This document shows, one piece after another, positions 54,039-64,000 of a stretch of DNA of 64,000 bases. Source of the DNA: Atractiella rhizophila (lineage: Eukaryota). A program made the translations under genes and the position numbers. The number at the start of each line of letters is the position of its first letter. Within the stretch, counting starts at the first letter, position 1. Below the pieces are notes generated by a model. The model ran no database searches. It was not told where the DNA came from and saw only the letters and a list, made by a program, of their open reading frames with translations. Where the stretch lies: positions 1 to 64,000 of the forward strand of contig MU271415.1 of NCBI GenBank assembly GCA_021432655.1, read 5' to 3'.

Positions 54039-56615
54039 TTAGCGTACCTCTCTCTGTACAGCAGAGATGATTTCATCTACGTCCTTCCAGTATGAGTCTT
54101 TGTTCGCAATCTTCTTATGCTTGGTTGAAACGACGTGCTATTCCAAATGAATTCTAGTCAATATGGCGGGAGAGGGAGGAGCGGAGGACATACTGCATCG
54201 AAATCTTCATATCTCCCCCTACAATTCTCGCAATATCCCTCCTTCTTCTTTTTCTCCTTCGCTCTTGGCGCCAGCACCTTCTTCTGCAACCCACCCTTCC
54301 GCGCATTAAGGGCAGCATCTATGGAGACGCTCCTCTTCAGCTTTCCTTCCACTCCACCAGCACGAACACCAAGATCCACTTCTCGCTTCTTTAGCGCAGC
54401 AATCTTTGGATCCATTGGTACTTTCTTCATATCCTCTGCTGGAGCAGCCGATCCCGTACCCGTGCCTCCGGTCATCATGCTCGTTGTCGAAGCAATGGCA
54501 CTCATACTGATTGAGTTCCCACTAGCAAGAAAGGCACCATCTCTGTCACGATCCACTTTCCAATGCGGGTTACCCGGAAGGGTATGGACACCGACTTTCA
54601 AAAGCAAAGGCGGAACGACGGAGGGATCGTCTTCATCCTTCTCTTCTTGCGAGCGACGGACGGGCAGAGGAGGCGGAGCCATGTCTGTCAGTTTGGTGGA
54701 CGCAATCGCAGCTGTGGTTGTGCGAGAAGGGAGGTTGGCAAGGGAGACAGAACGACGTATCTGTTGATTCACTGGTTGACGTGGCTTAGTCGACAATGCA
54801 GCGAGTCGCTGATTCAACGTTGGCTTCGCTGACGCTGTTGGCTTCTTTTCCTCTTCATCCGACTCATCGATCTCCACCACGGCCGCCGGATCACCCCTGA
54901 GCTTTCTCCTCTGCTCCTGCCTCTCCTCCGCTACCGCATCCCTCCGTCTACGGGCAAGTTTATCATCCCTTTTGAGCCTCGTTTCATCCTCACTGTCAGC
55001 CACAAACGGTGTTCTTCCTTCCGTCACTTTTCTTGCGGCACCAGCCACGGCTGCAGGTAGATGAAGCACGGGCCAATCCGGCGCATCCTTCGAGTTCTTC
55101 TTCGGCTTCTGGTATTCCGCAATGATGATCGGCTTGTGCACTCCCGTAGCGTCTTCAACAATAAAATGAACGTTTTTGGGATGAACTTCGCGCCAATGAG
55201 GATCTCGAGAAGAAGCGAGGGGATCATGTTCGAGAGTCCGACCAGTGGAGGCTTCGGCGTGGAGGAGAGATGGCAGAGAGGCAGATCCACCGCTGACGGG
55301 GAGCGCGCCGGTGAGAAGGTGGGGGATGGAGGCAGAGAGGGCCGAGAGGACGCGAGAGAGACCAATGGAGGGATTGGAGGGAGATAGGAGGTTGCACATA
55401 ACATATTCGAGCTCTGTTCTCCCAATGAACGGATCGACGTAAGTATGAAGAGGCAATCAAAGGAGTGAGGATGAGGAGGATTGTCGACGCACTCTCCAAG
55501 GGCCAAATACGCATCCCTAATCTCTCAGCTGTATCGTGTAAGCTAACAGCTTTCACGGGCGGTTGCACCTTCGGTATTGACGTCCTGTCCACGCAGACAA
55601 CGGCTAAATCAACTGGGAACAAGACTGTGAAGGTAGAACTAACGATTTCTTTGACGCTCTCCTCGGAGTGCCAGTCATATCGAGCTCGTTGAAAAGTTGT
55701 CCATTGGTCCTGTTTTTATCGACGTTATGCAGAATCTTCGCTTTCTCCTTCTCCCTCTCCGCGGTGACAATGAAGTGGGTGACGTCGGTGCTCAAAAAGT
55801 GCGTTATTTTCTATCCACGACAACGCCCTTCAACCACCATTCCACCTGTCGCAAAGGAAGAAGAGACATACCCCATCCAGCGCCATGATACCCGCAGTAA
55901 CTTTCTCTTCCGTCTCTCGATCCAATCCATCAAGATAGAACACAAATTCGCGCTTGAAGGCGTCTATGTATTTCTCTCTCCACCGCGCTTTCTCCTTCAT
56001 GTGATCCTTGAGGATCCTCCTCTGCGTATTCGGGGAAGGCTTTGACGGTTTTTGCTTTCCTTTCACATTCGTCGATGTCGACGGAGGGACGAGACCAGCT
56101 GTGGAGGACAGTTCTTGCTGTTTGGAGTGCTTGTGATTCGAGGGTCGAGGATCATTGCCGGAGGAGGAGAGGACGATCAACTTTGGTTTCTTGCTCGCTC
56201 TCTCCTGTACCAAGTTGTTGGGAATCGCATTCGACGGATATTTGAGTGTTGGAGTCCTTCCATTCGCTCCATGTGAAAGGGCGACAGAGATAGACGTCTC
56301 GTCCCGCACACGCTTCTTCCCCTTTCCATCACCCTCTCCCAAGCCCAGCATCGCCTGCAACCGCAATCCCGACTTCATCACGAGTTTCTCACCTCCACTG
56401 CCTCTCCCGCTCCCGATCTCGATTCCCCATCCAGCCTCGATGCTGCTCTCAATCTTGTCAACCCCATCATCCTTCACACCCGCTGTGATAGTTCCGGTAC
56501 GGGCACGCTTGTTGTCCCGTTCCAACAAGTCATTCCGAGCGTTTTTCTCCGCAATCGTAGGCGCGTCGTACACCTTCGGACGCTTGCGAGAGGTGGTTTG
56601 AGAGGTACTCGCCAT
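54039..56615 (-). CDS. DBF4: Cdc7/Hsk1 kinase regulatory subunit
   Basis: Motif N (FVFYLDG, DVTHFIV, AERLGMRIW), motif M (HFIVEDATGVHKPIIIAEY), zf-DBF EGYCENCRGRYEDFDAHVVSTKHKK. Confidence 0.9.
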
Positions 56616-57306
56616 GGTCGCAGCTAGGTTCTCTCACGGCTGAATTGACTGCTGAATGTATGCCTGCGTGGAAAACAGTTGTGTTGAACGAGATTTAGGG
56701 TTAGGGCGGTCACGGTTCGTCACAATACACGTGCTACATATGAAATTCTGATTTCTGATTTTGATTTTGATTTCTGTTTTAGGAGGGTGAATGGGTTTTG
56801 AATTGTGTTTCTTACAGAGTCTGAACGCTTTCTCGCGTGTTTTGGTCCTGGCTGTCGAAATAATGTTGTTCATTGGAGGTAATAATACATAAAACAAGGT
56901 AATATGGTCAGACCTCACCTGCATCTTCCCTTCCCTTACACCAGCTTTCGCTGTAGAAGGCTGACAAAGACAATATTCTATGCACCAAATAGAACAATCA
57001 GTTTGAGAGCCTTGGTGACAAAGTTTTCAAGCGTAAACAAAACAAGTGGCTTTCATCAGTAGGTTACCATATATCAATCCTCGTCATCGGAAGCTTTGAG
57101 CTCCAGCTAGGACAGGGATAACGTTTTAAGATAATTCATCATGTGGAAAGTGGATGTGGACAAATCGACATTCTGCCCTGCCTGTAAGAACGAGATGCTT
57201 ACCTTGAACTATCAGTTCATATTCCCCTCTGTGAAATCTGTTCCTTCTCGCAGCCTCCTTGTCGTCGACTCCTACAACTCAGCTCGTCTGGTTTTCAAGC
57301 TCGTCG

Positions 57307-57343
57307 TTGGAAAGTAGAAAAAATTTGGAAAGTAGAAAAAAAT
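57307..57343. repeat. Two-unit ~18-bp tandem repeat upstream of DPH2
   Basis: ttggaaagtagaaaaaat followed by ttggaaagtagaaaaaaat. Confidence 0.8.
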
Positions 57344-57494
57344 GTATGAGCTGGGAGCCTTCTTGGAAAACAAAAACCTTATTTGCTCCTTTCGATCATC
57401 AGCAACTCAAACAGCAAGCAGCCTCGAAAGCCAAAGACTACAGCACGCGGTGCTACACTAGACAGAATCTCTGGAGTATTTGCCACCTGCCAGC

Positions 57495-59579
57495 ATGTCT
57501 ATAGCTGCAAGCGGGGAAAAAGCGATCCTCGAGCCAATCGTTGATGGCTCTGAGTTACAAACCGCTGACTATGATCAGTCATTGTCCTTCGAGCAAGTTT
57601 ACGAGTTGAAGGAAACGGTGGAGAGGTTGAATATATCGAATTGCAAATATGTAAGTAACTTTACTTTTCTTATATTTCGACGTGTTGCTTGCAGCGTATG
57701 CTATACCACCGAGCGAAGACCAACATCAGCTTTTCCTTGCTCTGCTGGTTCCTTTCCCGATCCTATTAAAAGGATAAAATGACCTTGAACAATATTTGCT
57801 CTGGTATACCATAAAACACGTCAAGATCGCTGTTGTTGAATACCTGGGCTCATTCCTCACAGATAGTCTTGCAATTCCCTGATTCCCATCTTTCGGATTC
57901 CTCACGCGTGTATTCCTACTTGCGCTCTAGAGTCGATGGCACAAAGAAGATCTACGTTGGCGCAGACAGCACTTACGCACCGTAAGTTTCCTTTTCGCGT
58001 CGACTTCTAGTGAGGCTGAGAAGGCTTGCAGATGCTGCATAGATCATATAACTGCCGCTCACGTAGAGGCCGACTTCATAGTGCATTATGGACATGCTTG
58101 TCATAGCTCGTATGCATTTCTGTTTCTACAGCACGGGGAAACGTCTAACGTGATGCTTGTCGGAGCAGCCCGTCGAAATTGGAGGTTATGTATATTCTGC
58201 CAAAGTTACCCTTTCCGCAAGACAAAAGGCATGAATTTGGAGAGGCGATAAGTAGAGCCGTGGCAGAAGAGCTTGGGAGCAATCCGCAAACGTGCAGCTT
58301 ACATGTGCGGTTTGATCCTGGATATGCCTGGTGCATTGGTACATTTCTGCTCCCGTCCTCGAATATAAATTGGATAACGAGTATCAGGCAGATGACATCC
58401 TATCCAACCTAGGCTCCTGTTTGCCCTCGTACACTATCAGCACGTCAACTCTTAACCCTTCTTCAGAACCCTCCACTGCTTCAGACTCTACTCCACCATT
58501 GACCATCTATCTCGGCTCACCCACACACTCTTATCTCTCCTACCTTTGTTCCACCTCAACAGCCATCATAACATACGATCCATCCTCAGCATCCCTCTCT
58601 ACCACCAGCCAAACCTCTCGGATGCGCCAACAACAGCTCATGCGTCGGTACGCTGCAGTCCAGAAAGCACGGGACAGTGACGTCTTCGGGCTGTTGGTCA
58701 AGGGGGGCTTTGGGGGAGCATCCGGCCTCTTGCCATTGCTCGAGAAGCTGCGACGTATGCTAGGACAACGGAAGAAGAAAGCGTACACTTTCGCCGTCGG
58801 GAGAGTCAATCCAGCAAAATTGGCCAACTTTGCAGAGGTCGAATGCTATGTTTTGATTGGGTGTGGAGAGTCTGAGTTGGTGTGGGGAAGGGAGAAAGGA
58901 AAGGTATGCTTTTCTCACAGGTTGGATTCTTTTCAGTTGAATTGTGGCCGTAAATGTACGATCAGGACTACAACGTTCCTATCATTACACCTTACGAGCT
59001 CTTTCTCGCTCTCCAGCCAGAAGCAAAATCGTGGACGGGAGAGTATCGAGTGGATTGGGGGTGGGTTCTGGAACACGAACTCGATGATGAAGAGGCAGAG
59101 ACAGAGGAACAAAATGCGGTTTTCTCAGCTGTCACGGGAAAGTTGAGGACCAGGAAGACGTTCGAAAGCAAGGATCTTAGCGCAGTAACGCAAGGAGCAA
59201 ATGAGAAGGCTGAATCCCCTAATATCGACGATGGTCTCCCTCTTTCTCTATGGATAATCCTTACCAAGGCTGACTTCCTAGTCAGGTTCAATGGAACTCA
59301 TCACTTCTCTCACTGGCCAGCTCACGCTCACGGATTCAGAAAAGTTGCAGGTCGCACGCCTGCTGGGCAGCGCTTCTGGTTTGTGCTTTCCGCCATCAAG
59401 CACTGCATGGAACTGATTCCATCCGCTCATCCCAAGGCGAGCTGCTCATAGCGCGCCAGTATAAAGGACTAGATCCAAGCAAAGGCTTCGACAATGAAGA
59501 CTTGGAGGACTCACAGCCAGCGCAGCTCGAGGTTGGAAGATCAGGCATCGCAAGACAATATGGGGATGACCACCAGTGA
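57495..59579 (+). CDS. DPH2: Diphthamide biosynthesis protein 2
   Basis: [98 protein letters not shown]. Confidence 0.93.
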
Positions 59580-59647
59580 GATATTGCACCGAGGACTAGA
59601 GTATGTTGTACAACAGACTTATGTGCATTGCATTGCATTATCATTCA
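58156..59647. repeat. Tandem duplication 2, copy A (~1.49 kb)
   Basis: cttgtcggagcagccc...gcattatcattca recurs at offset +1494/+1493. Confidence 0.96.
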
Positions 59648-59649
59648 AT

Positions 59650-61140
59650 CTTGTTGGAGCAGCCCTTCGAAAGTGGAGGTTATGTACATTCTGCCAAAGT
59701 TACCATTTCCGCAAGACAAAAGGCAGGAATTTGGAGAAGCGATAAGCAGAGCCGTGGCAGAAGAACTTGGGAGCAATCCGCAAACTCCCAGCTTACATTT
59801 GCGGTTTGACACTGGATATGCCTGGTGCATTGGTACATTTCTGCTCCCGTCCTCGAATATAAATTGGATAACGAGTATCAGGCAGATGACATCCTATCCA
59901 ACCTAGGCTCCTGTTTGCCCTCGTACACTATCAGCACGTCAACTCTTAACCCTTCTTCAGAACCCTCCACTGCTTCAGACTCTACTCCACCATTGACCAT
60001 CTATCTCGGCTCGCCCACACACTCTTATCTCTCCTACCTTTGTTCCACCTCAACAGCCATCATAACATACGATCCATCCTCAGCCTCCCTCTCTACCACC
60101 AGCCAAACCTCTCGGATGCGCCAACAACAGCTCATGCGTCGGTACGCTGCGGTCCAGAAAGCACGGGACAGTGATGTCTTCGCTCTGTTGGTCGAGGGGG
60201 GCTTTGGGGGAGCATCCGGCCTCTTGCCATTGCTCGAGAAGCTGCGACGTATGCTTGGACAACGGAAGAAGAAAGCGTACACTTTTGCCGTCGGGAGAGT
60301 CAATCCAGCAAAATTGGCCAACTTTGCAGAGGTCGAATGTTATGTTTTGATTGGGTGTAGAGAGTCTGAGTTGGTGTGGGGAAGGGAGAAAGGAAAGGTA
60401 TGCTTTTCTCACATGTTGGACTATTTTCAGTTGAGCTGTGGCCGTGAATGTGCGATCAGGACTACAACGTTCCTATCATTACACCTTACGAGCTGTTTCT
60501 CGCTCTCCAGCCAGAAGCAAAGTCGTGGACGGGAGAGTATCGAATGAACTGGGGGTGGGTTCTCGAAAACGAACTTGACAATGAAGAGATAGAGAAAGAT
60601 GAACAAAGTGCCGTTTTCTCAGCTGTCATGGGAAAGTTGAGGACGAGGAAGACGTTCGAAAGTAAGGATCTTAGCGCAGTAACGCAAGGAGCAAATGAGA
60701 AGGCTGAATCCCCTAATATCGACGATGGTATCCCTCTTTCTCTGTGGATGAAATTACCAAGGCTGACTTCCTAATCAGGTTCAATGCAACTCATCACTTC
60801 TCTCACTGGCCAGCTCACGCTCACTGATTCAGAAAAGTTGCAGGTCGCACGCCTGCTGGGCAGCGCTTCTGGTTTGTGCTTTCCGCCATCAAGCACTGCA
60901 TGGAACTGATTCCATCCGCTCATCCCAAGGCGAGCTGCTCATAGCGCGCCAGTATAAAGGACTAGATCCAAGCAAAGGCTTCGACAATGAAGACTTGGAG
61001 GACTCACAGCCAGCGCAGCTCGAGGTTGGAAGATCAGGCATCGCAAGACAATATGGGGATGACCACCAGTGAGATATTGCACCGAGGACTAGAGTATGTT
61101 GTACAACAGACTTATGTGCATTGCATTGCATTATCATTCA
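59650..61140. repeat. Tandem duplication 2, copy B
   Basis: cttgttggagcagccc...gcattatcattca; the last ~300 bp look identical to copy A. Confidence 0.96.
59663..61072 (+). pseudogene. DPH2: 5'-truncated duplicate of the DPH2 3' exons; frame and splice sites intact
   Basis: Lacks the N-terminal exons. Amino-acid changes include FGLLVK>FALLVE and IGCG>IGCR. The only indel I found lies within an intron. Confidence 0.75.
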
Positions 61141-61453
61141 TGTTTTGCAGCCCTTGAACATGTACTGAGTACCAAGTGCTGACTTTGTTTTAGAAACTTC
61201 ATCATGGAGGCCAGCTTGCTAACTTCCTCATCGCCTTGAAACCAATGACCAAAGAACCAAAATCGCACACCCGCACCACCAAACCGAACCTCACTAAGGA
61301 GACGACCAAAGAAAAACGGTAGTAGAAACAACAAAGCCCAAGGAACGATCATTAAAAACACAAACTGAATAAGGAGTATAAGCATAAAGGTTATGTATAT
61401 TTCTGCTACTAGCTACTAGTAAAGGAGATACAGCCCTGGTCAAGATAGATGGA

Positions 61454-64000
61454 CTACCAGTTGACACCAAGAAGACTATCGCGTTGATTACTCAGTTACA
61501 GCGTTGACAAAAAGAAGGAAACTCACTTGTCACCATCTGGACTAAGCTCCAAACTGCTCATACACCTTGCATACCAGTCATCGCACCTCAACCTAGCATG
61601 AATGGCCACTGGCAACGCCTTCGGGACTGGCACCTCCTCCTCTTCCGCCACGCTAATGCTAGCACTGTGTCCCGTCCCTGGACGTTTTAACTTGAGTTTT
61701 GAAGGAGACACGGGAACGAGGGCGATTGGAGGACCGAGAGCGGCGGGTGGGAGACCAGGGGCTAGGGTCAGAGGGCGATTGGGTGGTGAGCTGGTTGGGG
61801 AAACGGAGCTCGGCAGGGTTTGGAGAGGGACGTTTGCGCCGAGGTTGTAATTGCTGAAGGAACGCGAGGTGCGAGCTGTGGGAGGAGGGGAAGGGGGTGA
61901 AGCCAGGGGCGGAACAGAACCACTACGGATAATAAAAGGTCGTGGAACGGTCACTGTGCCCCATTTCCTCGCATCGAAACCTGAGATTGGAGCTCCTATT
62001 AAGGTTGCGTTGGACGACTTGCTCGAGCTCGCCAACGACAACGGTGTATTCTCAACGGTCGTATGACTGCCAACGCTACCGATAGGAACTATGTCGTCAT
62101 CTTGAAATGGAGAGCCGACTATCGTCTTTGTTTCGGCTCCAATGGAAGGCTGAGGCGGGGTGAAAGCAAGAGGGGTGACAGAGCGCGAAGGAGCGATCAC
62201 AGAGTTGCGAGGCGAATCAACCACCTGAGAGAATCTAATGGTTGAACCGTGCCTCTCGAATCCAGGTGTCCTCGACACTCCATCAGCATACTTCTTACCC
62301 AAATCCTTCATCACCTCCTTCCCGAAGTCCTTCGCACTCTTCCCCCTCATCATCATCATCTGTCCCTTGGCAAAGAGCGAGTAAGGCGTAAACATGAACG
62401 GGGTCCCCTTGATGCCTTCGTTCACGTCGCCTCCTCTAATCCCATCCTCGAAACCTGCAGGCAGGACAGCCTCGAACAGGATGATATTTGCTGGCTTGAC
62501 AGAATCATCCAAGCTCGCAGGGGCATCTGTGAGCTCGGTGGAGAGACGGGCGATGTTGCCAACATTGGGGTAGACGTCGACGAGCGCGACGAGAACTGCT
62601 TCAACGGCCGTAGCGAGGGAGGTCTGAAATATGACTAGATCTGAGAAGGGCGAGGATTGGATCGAACGTTCACATTCAGCGAGCACCTCATTCATTGTCC
62701 TCCCCGTCAGAGATGTTACCCATTCACGCATCTCCTGAGTGAACTTTTGAACATCCGGAAGGCGATAGCACGGTATCTGGAGCCGAGAGAAGTTGTACAC
62801 CAGCCTATCGAATCCAAACAACCATACTCGTCAACTCGCCGCTCAACAATACATAAAAGAAAGGAAGAAACGCACGTCTCCACTCCTCCCTGCCTCGTGC
62901 TCGCCGCCCTAACACCAAATAATCCCACATAAAGACCTTCGCTCTGAACCAAAGGTCTGAAACCTCTCCTTCCATAATTATTCAAGCTCTGCAGCAAGCT
63001 CGCCATCTCGTCCTCGTCGATCCAAAACCTCTGTCCGAGCAACTTAGCCAAGATATCCGGTTCCACGAACCGATATCCATTCTGAGCGTACTTGGCTGGT
63101 GAATCGTTCCCCTTTCCAGAAATCTGTCTGACAAGGAAGAGCATGACTCCCTTATCACTCCGATGGACCTCGATGACCGACGCCGCCTCTGATTCCTCCC
63201 CGCTCCCTCCTTCCGTATGCGACCCATACGACGTCTGTGACACCTTTTCCTCATCCAGATTCCGCCTCAATCTTTTCTCTCCCCTCGTCCCGGTTGTCAG
63301 TATCCGATCATACAACACTCCGATGTCTTCCACTTCCACTTTCAATTCGCCCGCCAAAGACACCGCGCTCTCAATAAATTTCTCCACGAATCCCATACCA
63401 CCCATCCCCATCCCCATAACCAACCCATTCCTTGGAGAATTTACATTAGTTCCAGCCTTGTCGAAATCGGGGATGGGAGCTGCCTTTCGACGTCCGGTGA
63501 AAGGACAGGCAGCCGTCGTTGGTGGAGTAGGAGAGACGATGCCGAAGGAGTGCGCGAGGATCTTGCTGATATACGGAGTGAGAAGGGACCAGTCGAAGGA
63601 GAGCGAGTAAAGGTATTGGAAGGTCGACTGTCGATGATCCAGCTGGTATAAAATGTCCTATCCATTCCAACGGAACCAAAAATGTGAGACCATTTTCCAC
63701 ATTCACGGAGAAGACGAAAGACGGACCTCCAAGGCGGATCTAGATTCGATTACCTTCATAGGTAACACTCCATCCTTGTGTGTCAAAACTCTTCCCTGCT
63801 TATCGAAAGCGACAGAAACAACCAAGACCTCTCTCGCCTTTGCCTCAATTTTCTTCTTGATCAAATGATCCGAATACCCAATCGCGATCGCCAGAAGACA
63901 GACGAAGAAAGACATAACCGATATAGCTGTATCCCAAGTCCCCAAGAGGGCCACCAAATCAGGAATCTGACCGCCCCCACACAGATGGTATGAGGGGATG
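61454..64000 (-). CDS. Probable fungal MHYT-domain-family membrane signalling protein (C-terminal part; 5' end outside the window)
   Basis: TM helix followed by VLVVSVAFDKQGRVLTHKDGVLPMKVI and LYVGLFGVRA..GGVET resembles, from memory, the region after the MHYT repeats in fungal proteins. The MHYT repeats themselves are not visible. Confidence 0.55.

Overview
Gene-dense, intron-rich fungal nuclear DNA (GT-AG introns mostly ~45-60 nt). It is most likely basidiomycete: the snoRNA guide matches the basidiomycete form of 18S rRNA as I recall it, and the Pcl-type cyclin is basidiomycete-like. About 26 genes can be assembled by hand: ABCC transporter (cut by the left edge), GH3 beta-glucosidase, membrane-fused spermidine-synthase-like methyltransferase, SOD1, IMPDH, three beta-tubulins, cyclin, HAP3, MAM3/CNNM, WHIM/WSD protein, S10 peptidase-like protein, F-box protein, RSM27, a GPI-type protein, two 2OG-Fe(II) oxygenases, phosducin-like protein, DinB-like protein, ATP11, enoyl reductase, TIM17, DBF4, DPH2 and an MHYT-type protein (cut by the right edge). 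Most notable points: (1) three co-oriented beta-tubulin paralogues within ~15 kb, one strongly divergent at drug/GTP-site residues; (2) two tandem duplications that each start just upstream of a 3' splice site and carry a whole intact 3' gene module; (3) a box C/D snoRNA of the snR54/U59 type inside an IMPDH intron; (4) oversized, hairpin-rich introns with candidate poison exons in MAM3 and TIM17; (5) an S10 enzyme that has lost all its carboxylate-recognition residues. Exon boundaries were inferred by eye and no searches were run.
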